From assembly GCA_030704615.1 (NCBI GenBank), contig JAKLZA010000278.1:62001-126000 (forward strand): a DNA stretch of 64,000 nt, written 5' to 3'. The stretch comes from Takakia lepidozioides (taxonomy: Eukaryota > Plantae > Bryophyta). Positions 1 through 12,400 of this stretch are shown piece by piece. Positions within the stretch are counted from its first letter, which is position 1. Each line of letters opens with the position of its first letter. The translations under genes were made by a program, and so were the position numbers. The notes beneath the pieces were generated by a model. That model saw only the letters and a program-made list of their open reading frames with translations. It made no database searches and was not told where the DNA came from.

Positions 1-1279
1 TATGGGGTAACATATCCACTTTCTTCTGCAACTCTGGTCTTAGTCCACTCACAAACCAAGTCTTCTGTAAACCGGGTGCTGGTACTGCAGCCAGCTTTTT
101 CATCATCAATTCCATCTTCTCCATATACTCTTCAACAGTTTCATGCTTCTTCTGCTTCAGCTGTTGTAAACTTCCATACACTTCATCCTCAGTTTTACTT
201 GTCCTGAACCTATTTCGAAATGCTGTATTCAAGCCATTCCAGGTTAGGAAATGATTATCAGGGAATCTTGCATACCATTCACTTGCTTTCTTGATAAGTG
301 AACAAGGAAACAGTCTCATCTTGGCATCATCGCCATTCTCATTGTTCACTATACACATGTGCTCAAATTGGCTAATGTGTACATCGGGATCCCCTTTTCC
401 TGAATATATTGGAAAGGGTGGTTTTGCCCGTGTTGGTTGTAACGCCATCTGTGGCCCTACCTTCTGCCCACTGACAGGTGCTGGCACCCTTGCTGGTGCT
501 GGTCCTTCTGGACCTGTTGTTTTTGTGGTGGATCTTCCACCAAGTGGTGGCCCTTGAGCACTCCCTGCTTCTGGCCCCACGATATTCACAGTATTCCCAG
601 CTTCAGTTGCACTACTTCCCACACTCCCTGTCCCCCCAGAGCCAGATCCAGGCAGCCCGCCTGATCCCCCTGAGCCGACACCTTCGTTGGCCTGTGATCC
701 AAGTGCTCCACTTGATCCAGGTCCAACGGGTTGGGATGTCCTGGTTGTAGTCTCAACCTCAGCTGTTGGGTCTACTTCTTCATATTCTTCCTCTTCCAAT
801 TTCTTCTCTCTGTTTTCATCCTCCAAGTTCTGCCCTTGGGTTTCTTCTTCACTCATGTAACTCAACTGTAATGGTGTTGGAGAGTCTGAACTCTCCGTTG
901 GCTCTGCCACATCCTCATCTCCTTCTTCATCTTCTGCTTCAGAAACTGGAGTTCCTGCTTTTGGTGTTCCATGCCAACTCTTATCAAAGATTTCTGTCAA
1001 GTCTTTTATCCAAGGATGTACCTCAGATCTTTCACCTCGTGATTGATCTTCTTCCTGTACCAATTCCCTTAATCTTTCTTGCAAAGAAACAGAAGGAGTG
1101 GCATCCAACTCTAGTTCTTCCGGTATAGGTGATGCACTTTTTGATCTTGATGGTGTGAGAGGTCCAGATGATTCCCCTATGTCTATTCCTCTCTCCCAAA
1201 GATATGGATAATTAGCTTTCAGATAGCTTTCTCTTTTTGATGAATATCTTTGTCGTCTAGCTTCTCTTTCATCACTCAT
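1..1279 (-). CDS. gag: Retrotransposon Gag (partial, no stop inside the window)
   Basis: Manual translation from ATG 1279 is open to position 1. After an acidic/Gly-rich N-terminus it reads KPPFPIYSGKGDPDVHISQFE...LFPCSLIKKASEWYARFP...TWNGLNTAFRNRF...LQQLKQKKHETVEEY...WFVSGLRPELQ, a typical Retrotrans_gag pattern. It is absent from the ORF track because it has no stop. Confidence 0.88.
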   Translation of the reverse strand, partial: MSDEREARRQRYSSKRESYLKANYPYLWERGIDIGESSGPLTPSRSKSASPIPEELELDATPSVSLQERLRELVQEEDQSRGERSEVHPWIKDLTEIFDKSWHGTPKAGTPVSEAEDEEGDEDVAEPTESSDSPTPLQLSYMSEEETQGQNLEDENREKKLEEEEYEEVDPTAEVETTTRTSQPVGPGSSGALGSQANEGVGSGGSGGLPGSGSGGTGSVGSSATEAGNTVNIVGPEAGSAQGPPLGGRSTTKTTGPEGPAPARVPAPVSGQKVGPQMALQPTRAKPPFPIYSGKGDPDVHISQFEHMCIVNNENGDDAKMRLFPCSLIKKASEWYARFPDNHFLTWNGLNTAFRNRFRTSKTEDEVYGSLQQLKQKKHETVEEYMEKMELMMKKLAAVPAPGLQKTWFVSGLRPELQKKVDMLPH

Positions 1280-1300
1280 GTCCCATGTCTTTCATTTCTT

Positions 1301-1996
1301 TTAATGTGGCAATAACCAAAACTCTCTTCTGTAATATCTCTCGTATATGCCTGGATTTCTTTCAAGCTTCAATGCACCCTTGGCTATACTTGAAGTCTCC
1401 GTTACCATATAACCATATGGCAAACAAGTCTGAAAAGCTGTTCTTGGTGTGAGTTTGATCCACAAAATATCCTTTGGAATCCAATTCTTTACCAGTACAA
1501 GCTCTTCATGCATATGAGTATAAACATTCACCTTTCTTTCTTCCCAGCCTTCAAACTCTACTCGTTTAATGGATAGCAACGCTATCACATAAACTAATGT
1601 TGGTAACCAACGTGCTCTTCCTCTACAGGCTACCTGATAAATCTTTATCACTCCTTTCTCCAGACCCCATTCTGGATCAGCATCATGCACTCGTTTAAGA
1701 ATATTTTCTTTACATCCGTCTGGCAATTCCAAGAACCTTTGAAAGAATTGTTTGGACAATCTTTCTTCCTTCGTTCCACAGGGAATTTGATTCACTTCAA
1801 ATTCTTTAATGGTCCAACCACCATGATCCCACCAGATGCCTGTCACATCTGGTTGTTCATGTCCCAGGTCCCCAGTATGGTCGCCAAATGTCGCGCGGCT
1901 TTTACTCACCCATCCCTTCGCTATCCGAGGCGGAAACTCCAAGATAGAAGAGTTGGAAATCTCTAAGTACTCAGCCCGCGCAGAACAATCAGTCAT
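1301..1996 (-). CDS. Additional ORF upstream of gag, unknown function (231 aa)
   Basis: Open frame covering the PBS-to-gag leader with globular-looking composition. The listed start lies inside the LTR, so the true start is uncertain. Confidence 0.4.
   Translation of the reverse strand: MTDCSARAEYLEISNSSILEFPPRIAKGWVSKSRATFGDHTGDLGHEQPDVTGIWWDHGGWTIKEFEVNQIPCGTKEERLSKQFFQRFLELPDGCKENILKRVHDADPEWGLEKGVIKIYQVACRGRARWLPTLVYVIALLSIKRVEFEGWEERKVNVYTHMHEELVLVKNWIPKDILWIKLTPRTAFQTCLPYGYMVTETSSIAKGALKLERNPGIYERYYRREFWLLPH
1869..1886 (-). promoter_or_regulatory. Primer binding site (probably tRNA-Arg type)
   Basis: Minus strand reads ...CA tt TGGCGACCATACTGGGGA directly after the LTR end; resembles the TGGCGAC-type PBS of Ogre/Tat elements. 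Confidence 0.75.
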
Positions 1997-2894
1997 GACC
2001 TACAGCTAGTGTATCATGGGGGTGTTTCCTATTTGTTTCCTTTCCGCATTCATCTTAGCTACCTTACCATTGATAATTAAGTATCAGTTTGCTTCATCAA
2101 TTTATCGGTTTCCTTAACTCCTCCATTCAATCCACAGCTTCACTCAGATCTCTCTACACAGTGTGATTGTATCGTATAAGTATCAGATTATGATTTATCA
2201 GGTATCAGGCCGAATCCATTATGTCTCTAATCTGCTCTACAATATCACTCTAGCTTTGCATATAACAAGCTTCTACTAATCCTCTTTTCTCCTTCATCGT
2301 GCTCTCCGATCTCCGCTCCCGCCTGTCTCCGAAGTCCTCCCCGAATAATCCTCTTCCTATTCCCCGTTCTTCCCTTTATCCTCCTATCCGCGGTTCTAAC
2401 CGTTTCCCTCTCTAACCGTCGTATGTGAACTAACATGTTCCCTTCACTGGTGTTGTTCCCCACAGTCGTTCCCTGTCCTACTCTTCGTTCCCTATTATCG
2501 TGACAGCTGTGTCAAGCGGTGACTGGCTGTGTTTGGCTGTGTCGGGCTGTGACTGGCTGTGTGGGCTGTGTCTGCTGTGACGACTGTGACGGGCTGTGTG
2601 GGCTGTGTGGGCTGTGACGACTGTGACGGCTGTGTGGGCTGTGACGACTGTGACGGGCTGTGTTGGCTGTGTGGGCTGTGACGGCTGTGTGGGCTGTGTG
2701 GGCTGTGACGACTGTGACGGGCTGTGTTGGCTGTGTGGGCTGTGACTGCTGTGTCGGCTGTGTGGGCTATGTAACCCCCTTCTACAGTGCGCTGCTGTCA
2801 CCCCTAAGGTTCCTGTTTGTCTCAGTCTGTGCAAAATTTAAGGGTACCCTACAGATCCCGTATAAGTGTCTAAGTCCCCTACAGTCCTCTAACA
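1889..2894 (-). repeat. 5' LTR (1006 bp)
   Basis: Minus strand begins TGTTAGAGG at 2894, exactly where identity with the 6601 repeat copy stops, and ends GCGACA at 1889 next to the PBS. Confidence 0.82.
2505..2770. repeat. Degenerate 9-10 bp minisatellite (GGCTGTGTG / GACTGTGAC) inside the LTR
   Basis: Directly visible tandem units. Confidence 0.9.
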
Positions 2895-3854
2895 GTACTC
2901 CCGTAAGCTGTCTTACCAGGGCTTAGCTCATAATATCGGCATTCAGAAGTCCTTTAGATGCTCAGGTATCATCAAGGATGCCTTACTCTTCATACCCAAT
3001 CAATCAACCATACTATTGCTGGAGAAGATCATATCTGGCCAAGGGGGATTCATACCCCAAGGCTTTAAGTTCATCATTCCAGTTTGGAATGTGTTTGCTG
3101 CCTATCTGCCTGCAAGGCTCCTCAAAAAATATCGTCAGTACATCAGAATGAGAAGGTGAAACAGGAAAGGAGAAGGGTAGATGGTGTGTACAAAAACCAC
3201 TAAGTACACTGATCAGATAAAGAGAGGGAAGATATACATGTCATGTCAAGACATGGACAAGACCACTAAGGTCATTGTCATTGAAAGACAAAGCAGCCCT
3301 TTACAGGGCACCATCTAACAACCACTTCCATGTTTACCATCTCATTTGAATATCCCGTTACATTTCAGGGTATCTGAAAAAACAGGGTGGGAGGGTGGGA
3401 TTCTTGGTCAATCATATTGTGAAAGCACCATAGTTTGACATACAACGATCACCACCATACTTGCCGATTGTAACATCATTTCAAAAACCAGATTGCAGGT
3501 CTGGAGATAAATCTCGAGAGCCAAGCACATAGTACTTTAAATTGCAATTGAAACAGCAAGCCATACATGTCTTAAGCATTTGCCTGTTGACATAATGATT
3601 CCTCATTTTTTGTTGACATGGGTCAAGCCTTACATAATCCAGTTCTTGAGCCATTCATCTTCCTAAAAAGGCATCCTGTGTTGGCTTGAAACCGATCTAT
3701 CAGTGCCAAGACACATGCAAGATTCGTAAAGTAGAAACGGGGCTGAGTTTTTTCAGGCATATGCAGGCCTGGATTGGTATTCCGGGGCCTCATAAACAGC
3801 TCTGCCAGGGTAAAAAATAAATAACTCAGAATTCCAGGTCAATCATATCATGAA
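2895..3854 (+). repeat. 960-bp direct repeat, copy 1 (copy 2 at 6601-7560)
   Basis: GTACTCCCGTAAGCTG...ATATCATGAA recurs at offset 3706, apparently identical. Confidence 0.93.
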
Positions 3855-5965
3855 AGCACCATGGTTTAATAAAAAAATTCCCCTATACTTGCAGATTGTA
3901 CCTTCATTTCATAAACCAGATTGCAGGTCTGGAGATAACCTCCAAAACCAAGCCCTTCAAGCAACAAGTGTCGTTCTTGCTTAGTTTTATCTAAGTAAGA
4001 ATATCTCTACACCTAGCAAGGTGTATCATGACCAGGTTTAGGCCATGAAAAAGTATTTAAAACTGTCATGCTAGGCTACTTGCTGGACCATAAAGGTTAC
4101 TGTTTTAGAATCCAGTTTTTGAATAAGTCGCCTTCCCAAAAAAAACAGCCAGCCTGAAGGTATCATAGCATTGCAAATGCATGAGCAAGCATTACATGCA
4201 ATGACATGGCTTATTTGAGTCTCTGTAAGGAGCTGCAGGTCTGGAATGGAATTCCAGGACTTCATGATCAAAACTCTGCCAGGGTAGAAGGTTAGAAGCA
4301 CACAACACCTACTAGCAAGCATGTCTTGAAAATCAAAATTATGATGGGGCCAGGTCTGAAGGTGCTTCAGTGCCAAGTCATAGGCAAGACTTCTAACAAC
4401 ACAAAACACAGGGCTGAGTACCCTCAAGCAGATATGGGCCTGGAGTGGAATTCCAGGGCCTCATAAAAAGCTCTGCCAGTTAAAGAAAGGAACTCAGAAA
4501 CCCCTGTCCCCTATCATGCAATGAAATCACGGTGATATGAGAGCCTTGAAGAATGTTTGTTATCAGACAAGGTCTATCTTCTGATCCATCAAAGCCAAGG
4601 CCATGATGTTTCATTTCAGAGCCTAGTTTCCATGCAGCCAGAGTTATAGCTGTAGCCCTATACCTTTGTTGAAAACAGCCAGAGCCTTCAGTAGAGATTT
4701 TGTTTTCTATGAAGTCCCTTGTGTGTCTTAACTCCAAAACATGTAGAAGTGGTCATCAAGAACCAAAAACAAGGGTAAGGAGTAAGAAGGCGATCCTCAT
4801 TAGAGCAGACTTGAAGCCGTTTTGAGGCAGCAAGGTGGCAGATTTGAAACAGCAACTGGCATCGGCAGCTTCAGGCGGTAGCAACAATCCCTTATGCAAG
4901 AATCGGACTCTACAAGCTTCAAGAATTCAAGACAAGTGAAGACCCTCACCTGTGCCCGTCCCAAAAACCACCACATAAAGATGTGTGTTAGCGAGGATGC
5001 ATCAGGTGAGTGGCAGGTCTTCACAGTTGCTATCCATGTCAGTGCTGAATTCTAAAGCATGTACAGATCACAATTCAAGCAAGGGTAACCTCAAAAGACC
5101 TTGAGTGTTTGCGGTATGCCCTGCGCCATGGCGTCCAACAGATCGTCTCCAACAGAACACAATCACAGTAGAAGGGTTCACAGATAGAGAAGAGCTCGTA
5201 CAAAGTGAAAGAGCCATATGTAATATGTAGATAAATAGGGGTAGAGTACTTCCCAACGAGGAGTAAAAGCGCCGCTGCAATTAAAAAGAACCATGAGGGT
5301 CTGAGCAAAGCAATCATCGCTTTGTCACCTGCCAGAGAAGAATCTGCATGACCGCCAATGCGCATCCCAAGAGCCAGCCATCACGGGTACCATGCAGCAG
5401 TTGGGGAGCAGATTTACACGGCGCATCATCAAGGATCCCTGAAGCACGAGCTCTGTGCTGTGAAAGGTGTCGACCTGCTTAGGGCACAGATCCCCGATTT
5501 CTCATCCAGGGGGGATGAAAAGTCGCATTCTAGCAGGAGATGCACTGGTCAATGGATGACATCCATTAAAAAGGTAACTTTTAGGGTTAGGGTATAGGCT
5601 CAAGTTTAATAACTGCCATCATTTCTAATAAATGATGGTAAAATTACTCTCTCCTGGATTAAAATAGGTCACCATCGTTCATGGAATTCATCCCGTTTGG
5701 ATGAAAAAGGAGAAAACAAATGATAAACCAAGATTTATGCACAGCAAGGGTCATCATCCTAATAATTTCATCCATATTTGGATGAGAAAGGAGATTAGGA
5801 TGAAAAACCAAAATCTGCAGAGTAAGCGTCATCATCCTTCAAAAAATTCATCCAGTTTTGGATGAAAAGGGAATTGGGATGAACAACCAAATAACCAGCA
5901 TTAAAAAGGTTAAGGCCAGATGAAATCCAAAGAGTTATAGAGGGAGAGGGAGAGAGGGAGAGAGA
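3225..5965 (-). repeat. Unclassified dispersed repeat (GGATGAAAA/TTTTCATCC-rich end); inverted homolog at about 36000-37940
   Basis: Shared segments, e.g. ORF 4480-4737(-) MELRHTRDFIENKIS versus 37057-37311(+) MELRHTKDFIENKIS, and shared GTCATGTCAAGACATGGACAAGAC. Confidence 0.8.
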
Positions 5966-6600
5966 GGGACCCACCAGCCAATCCCCTGGCATGGCAGAAC
6001 CTTACGGAGTGAGTGTGGTATGCACTCACCCCGTAAGGGAGTGCATACCAAACCCCTTCTCATAAGGTTTCCCCTCTTCCATGTAGTTCTATCCTTAGAT
6101 TATATTATCCAAGGGAGTAGAATCCTACATCCTCTCTTCCTCCGGTCATGAATGAAACATTGGCATAAAGTGTATCATAGCAAGACTGGTATAGTATCAC
6201 GAGAAAAGAACAGAGAGTTCAGTGGTATACTTAGCTCTGGATAGGTACAAGTTTTTAGAAAATACCTTTCAGTTTCTCAATAAGCTCTCGCACAGGGAAG
6301 AACAGGCTAGGGAAGGAACCTCGTTCAAGGAACCTTGTCAAGATATAGCAGCAGCTCAGGTCTGTAGTACCATGCCTGTGATATAGACAAAACATCTTCT
6401 AGCAACAGATTAGAGTTGGGTATTTTTTTATGGTGCCACAAGGAGCGAAGCCATATCTAAGAGAAGTATAGAAGCACTTGATCAAAGGACTTGGTAGTCA
6501 CTCGATCATAAGGTATTTGATTCTGATATAAGGCATCGGCTACAAGGGACTAGCTAACAAAAGTAGTGTGCATTGACCGGATCAAGTATAAGGTGTACAC

Positions 6601-7560
6601 GTACTCCCGTAAGCTGTCTTACCAGGGCTTAGCTCATAATATCGGCATTCAGAAGTCCTTTAGATGCTCAGGTATCATCAAGGATGCCTTACTCTTCATA
6701 CCCAATCAATCAACCATACTATTGCTGGAGAAGATCATATCTGGCCAAGGGGGATTCATACCCCAAGGCTTTAAGTTCATCATTCCAGTTTGGAATGTGT
6801 TTGCTGCCTATCTGCCTGCAAGGCTCCTCAAAAAATATCGTCAGTACATCAGAATGAGAAGGTGAAACAGGAAAGGAGAAGGGTAGATGGTGTGTACAAA
6901 AACCACTAAGTACACTGATCAGATAAAGAGAGGGAAGATATACATGTCATGTCAAGACATGGACAAGACCACTAAGGTCATTGTCATTGAAAGACAAAGC
7001 AGCCCTTTACAGGGCACCATCTAACAACCACTTCCATGTTTACCATCTCATTTGAATATCCCGTTACATTTCAGGGTATCTGAAAAAACAGGGTGGGAGG
7101 GTGGGATTCTTGGTCAATCATATTGTGAAAGCACCATAGTTTGACATACAACGATCACCACCATACTTGCCGATTGTAACATCATTTCAAAAACCAGATT
7201 GCAGGTCTGGAGATAAATCTCGAGAGCCAAGCACATAGTACTTTAAATTGCAATTGAAACAGCAAGCCATACATGTCTTAAGCATTTGCCTGTTGACATA
7301 ATGATTCCTCATTTTTTGTTGACATGGGTCAAGCCTTACATAATCCAGTTCTTGAGCCATTCATCTTCCTAAAAAGGCATCCTGTGTTGGCTTGAAACCG
7401 ATCTATCAGTGCCAAGACACATGCAAGATTCGTAAAGTAGAAACGGGGCTGAGTTTTTTCAGGCATATGCAGGCCTGGATTGGTATTCCGGGGCCTCATA
7501 AACAGCTCTGCCAGGGTAAAAAATAAATAACTCAGAATTCCAGGTCAATCATATCATGAA
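6601..7560 (+). repeat. 960-bp direct repeat, copy 2; cut by the MULE left end
   Basis: Matches 2895-3854; the match stops exactly at 7560/7561. Confidence 0.93.
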
Positions 7561-7635
7561 GGGGGTTGCTATTCCATGAGCTCATGAGCGGTGAGCTCAT
7601 GAGCTCATGAGCGGGCATGGCTAACCCATGAGCCG
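7561..7635 (+). repeat. Left terminal inverted repeat with CATGAGC tandem motifs
   Basis: Inverted match to 21181-21253 and to 27975-28054. Confidence 0.78.
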
Positions 7636-7819
7636 CAAAGTAACACACTTCGAATTTCGGCAGATTTTTTTCGGGCCAAAAACTATAAAATAATCAAAAA
7701 TCGAAGATTTCCGCGCTCATGCTGGAATTACTCCGCTCATGAGTACCAGTGTACGCTCATGACTTGGAGCCCAGGCTCATGGACCGCCAGGCCAGGTCAT
7801 AGAATAACAGAATTCTGGG

Positions 7820-8295
7820 CAATAACGGCACCGAAATTATCCCAGAGGCAGAGACGCAAGCGGAATTAGGATCCGGGTTTGCAGACTCCGAAAACGCAAT
7901 GGCGACCTATAACCGTGGATAGTACTATTGCAGAAGTGCAGGATGGTTGGTTATAACGAGGCCGTAATTGGGAACAGGAAAAGAAATAGCGCGCTGAAGG
8001 CTCGGGAGTGAAGCCAACAACGGTGAAAGTAATTGGGCTCTGCCAACCAAATACCCGGCTGCATCCTCCGGAATGCAGGCGATAACGGCGCCGAAATGGG
8101 CCCCGGAAACCAAATACTCGGCTGAAGCCACCGGAGAGCAGCCGATAACGGCGCCGAAATTGGGTCCGGAAACCAAATACCCGGCTGAAGGCTGGGGATT
8201 GCAACCAATAACGGCGCCGAAATTGACCTGCGGAAACAAAATTCTCGGCTGAAGCTTCCGCACTCCATGTAATAACGGCGCCGAAATTGGGCGTC
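7820..8295 (+). repeat. Left subterminal array, about 62-bp period, core AATAACGGCGCCGAAAT
   Basis: Four clear copies between 8080 and 8290 plus degenerate ones. Confidence 0.85.
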
Positions 8296-8409
8296 GGAGA
8301 GCAAATACCCGCCTTACGGTGAGGGAGGCCTTGCTCTCATTTTGCTCTTCACTCTTCTCTGTTGTGCCCATGTCCTCCCTGCTTTGAGTTCGTGTTGTGT
8401 CGTGAGGCC

Positions 8410-8961
8410 ATGTCGTGCCCGAATCACATCTATCGACGCCAGACGGGAGTCATTTTCCCGAAAGCAGACGACATCATTGTCTTCCTGGATGTTTACAGGG
8501 AAGATCCTCGACTTGTCCAGCTGAGAGCAATGGAGTTTCTTCCAGGATTGCACGACTCTCCTGGACCCCGGCTGGGGAGCAGGTGGTTCCTACGCATCAT
8601 GGACCTGGACTTTCCGCATGTGTGGGAGCCGAACAGATCACGCACAGCGTTGCTGTATCGCTGGAATTGTTGCGAGTGGACGTATGATGAGTGCATAGGT
8701 GAAAACTTTACGCGTGGACGGACTGGCTCGGAAAGTGGGGACATTCTCTTCAGTTATGAGGATGAGGAGGAGGGGAACACAGGGCCCACTGTGAAAATGT
8801 CCTTCTACCAAGGGGGCGCTATCGATAAACACGACATCCTCGTTAGTTTCAACCGGGCGACAGAAACCACTGACATTTTGTTCAAATATAGGCACCCGGT
8901 CACTCAGGAGGTCCTTGAGAGGCCAGTTCGAGTTCCTTCTTCTTGGGCGAGGGGACCATAG
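8410..8961 (+). CDS. Hypothetical protein (183 aa), third gene of the MULE
   Basis: ATG-initiated intronless ORF (MSCPNHIYRRQ...SSWARGP) in unique sequence, convergent with the transposase; no family recognised. Confidence 0.5.
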   Translation: MSCPNHIYRRQTGVIFPKADDIIVFLDVYREDPRLVQLRAMEFLPGLHDSPGPRLGSRWFLRIMDLDFPHVWEPNRSRTALLYRWNCCEWTYDECIGENFTRGRTGSESGDILFSYEDEEEGNTGPTVKMSFYQGGAIDKHDILVSFNRATETTDILFKYRHPVTQEVLERPVRVPSSWARGP

Positions 8962-9417
8962 GTCTTGCATGCTAGAGTAGACATGTTTCAACTTGCTGAC
9001 ACTCATGGCACATACATTTTCATTCAGAAATCAAGCAGCTTCCCTGTGCCATATGGGGAATATACAGGCTTCGATAATCTTCTGTTAATGTTATTTGCAA
9101 TTCACTGCCAGTATGCTGGGACGTGTCCTTTGTCGTATGGATTGCTGTTTGCACAAGGTGCAGTATGCAAATGCTGGAATGTGCAGTAGGACCCTTCCCA
9201 CTGGGACACAGAACTAGCAATCTTGTAAAGGCATCACATTTGCAGAACAGTAACAATGTATTTGTAGCAAATTGGAGTCTTCTCATAAAGGTGGACGAAA
9301 TTCACATGTAGCCATGGCGATGCGGCACCACCAAGTGTATAATTCCTCACAAAAAAATAGGGTGCAAGAAGATGAATGTAATATAATTGCCACTAACTCC
9401 TTCCCGAATGTGGAATG

Positions 9418-12400
9418 TCAAGCAGTCCGACCAGTATCCTGCCGTAGGGCCTTGTGCAGCTCGTTGAAACTCAGTGTTGGAGCATGGATGAAGACGTCCA
9501 CTGCGGATATGCAACTCATGCGCTTCATAAAAATGTAATAAAGGTGTTTGCAGGGGACGTATGCTGCATTCCTCGATTCCATAACAAGGAAGTCCTCACA
9601 GTTACAAGCTGGGTACTGTGAAACCGTGATTGCATACACGACACTGCGCGCAGCAGACCCGGCTGTTGACAACTGAAATATGCGCCCCATCCCGGGGTGA
9701 GGAACATCCCTGCAACCTTGCACTATGCAGGGCATTGCAAGAGCGTTGGCCATCCTGGTGTCGTTCGCCTTTGTTGGTGGCCGCCGTCTTTTCAGTTTAC
9801 CCCACCGATGGGTGGGCCAAGCTGCGGGGTCACCCACCGGTATGCGGGGCGAAGAGCTTCTCGTGGGAGGAGGATGACGATTGGGAATTGGATTTCGTGG
9901 AACGTCTGTCCTCTCCACCAGTCGAAACCCTGCACTTCCTAGAGCGTCTGCCTCCTCCAGGGTAAGATCTGTACCACTTGCCACAGGCCAGACTGCCGGT
10001 GGTTCAGGCATGCCTTGTACACCATACTTGGGCTTGCCGAACACACACGACATGATGTCGTGCCTGCAGAACCAAAACTCCTTCAGTGTGGCCTCCACAA
10101 ACTTTGCGCACACAAATCTCCCTGTGAAGCAAGGGGCAGGCACACCGCCCTGCGGGCTCCTCCGAATCATCTCATTGCATCTCTGGTTGGTGTCGACACG
10201 AACAGCACAACATTTGCCACGAAATGTCGGACGGGTCCGTGCAATTCTCCACTGCGAGGCCGACACATCTCGCTCCACGATTGGAATGTTGTATTGGGTA
10301 ACGAAAACAGGAGCAGAATGCCCATCCTCGGCATGTTGTCCCGAGTCTGGCAGCGATTCCATGGATGCTGCAGGAGAGGGGGTACGAGTCCTGCTTCGTG
10401 GAGGCGTGGGACGCAACATCGTTGCGCCCCGAGGTTGAGTGCGGATGTTCATATCTGATCTCCATGAATCCCCATCCCCTCCGGGCATGTCCTCAATTCT
10501 TCTCTTCACCGGCCGGCTGCGGACATCGCCCTCCAGGCAGTTCCCCCGACTGTGTAACGGCGTTGACCTTATAGTTTCCCGCAATGCAGCAGTCCATTTT
10601 TTGGGATCGGTCGAACGATGCGCCGCCCTCATCAGCATCTCCTGCCTGTCTGGTCCGATACCCCATTGCTTTCCTCCCAGAAACTGGTAGTAATGAGATT
10701 GTTGCATGATGGCCCTCACAATATCTTCTGTTGTTGCTGTCAACATGTCAACGAGATGTGCTGCAGAGGAAGCACGCCAGGAAGAGTGCACCGATTCGGC
10801 CATGTTCGTCGTCGGCATATCCGTGTCATCCTCCAAGCTCATGTCCTGTTGAAGGAAATTAGATATGTCACTGATTGTGGAGAATGTCCAAGCACAAAAC
10901 AGAACAATTGTCAAGTACAGAAATGTGTTACCTGTCTCATGTAGTCTCCAAACTGGCGGAATCTATAATGCCACCACGCAAGCCACGTTTGCAGTTCTGG
11001 CTGATCTTTCACATCCACTGCCCCTGAAGACACCCACCAGGCGCGTATGGTTGCAAACTCGGTCTCCGCCTCGTCGATGGAATTCGCATTTTTCCACGCT
11101 AGGCACATACTGATATGATCCTGCCGGTGGCGTGACGCCACGAACCTTTTCGTGTTTTGCGTCAAACTCTGCATGAAGTGGAACCCGCAAGATCTCTCCT
11201 TTCCTTCCATTGGAGTCTTTGGGTCGTCCCCATATACCCTCCTAACTGCAGCCCAGTTTGCCTGGGCATTGTCAGCCATGAAGCCCCTAAAATCGGGAGG
11301 GGGCAACTTGGCTCTCGCCATTTGCTCATTAATGCCGCGCCACATATGCAACTCCGAATCTGTGTCTTCTCCCTTCATTTCGCAGATAGCAATGGTCATC
11401 AACTTTCTGCAATGTGGGTCGTATACATGTGCCCCCATTGTCACCCAATCGTGGTTGGTAATTCGCCGGATGTGGTCAAACATGACCCAACAATTTGAGA
11501 GGTCTCCACTGGTCATCCGCTTCACCAAATCGACGCCGCTCCCCGGTCCGCACGTTGACATCTTAAATATGAAGCACCTGTCCATCTCCGAGCCTTGACC
11601 AGGAAAGAAGCTGCCTTGGATGAAGTCGTAGCCGCATGTGCGTTTCACTTCCAAGATGGAGTGCATGTCTGATCCTCTTCCGATTCGTTTCTTGCAGCTG
11701 ACAATGTGGTTCCTGACATTGGGGCTGCACACATGGGAGACAGCTTCCAGCAGGTCCTTCATGTCCCCCTCGCCCAGCTTCTCTCTTGTGCTTCCGTCCT
11801 CCGACATTATTCTGCCAATTGCAATCCTATGTGCCGATGCGAGCTGTATCTGCTTTGGTTTTGCACCCGGCCTCAACCTCACCTCCTCCTTGATAATATC
11901 CTGGGCTTGTTGAAAAGCGACTCTGCAATTGCCTCTGGCGAGGGGGTGCTCATGCTTTCCGATGTGAATGCATGCTCTGGTGCACGCTGGGCCGACGGTC
12001 CCGACGTAGTACTGCTTGGCGTTGCACACTGCCATGCACGTAGGGGCTGCGTTGCAATGGGCACACTTGAACGTCCCTGCAGGAACTCTACCTTGAGGCC
12101 AAAATGGGGTCGACGAATTGCCAATCCAGTCAGTCTCATTCCTGGTGCCTTTGCTAGTGTAATGGTAACATGTGCTCGAGAAACATTTAAGATGCCCAGC
12201 ACACAATACATATCTCACTCGAACTCCATCACCCAGGTTGGACGATGAAGTTTTGGTGACACACCAAGGGTGGCCGTCATGTTTCCTGTTCATTCCTGCG
12301 AGCATGCCGTCTGGGCCTGCGCCTGCCGGCACTGGAGGGAACTCGTAGATAGCATTCCCATCCACAACATCAGGCAAAAATTCCACAGAATGGATTGGAG

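Larger units (their letters stand above)
1..2894 (-). mobile_element. Ty3/gypsy LTR retrotransposon, 5' portion (Tat/Ogre-like layout); continues past the window start
   Basis: LTR with TG...CA ends, tRNA-type PBS 2 nt inside the LTR, extra ORF, then an open gag ORF running off position 1. Confidence 0.88.

Noticed and set aside
1869-1886. tRNA gene
   Set aside because: Only an 18-nt complement to a tRNA 3' end (PBS); no cloverleaf. No rRNA or tRNA genes were recognised in the window.
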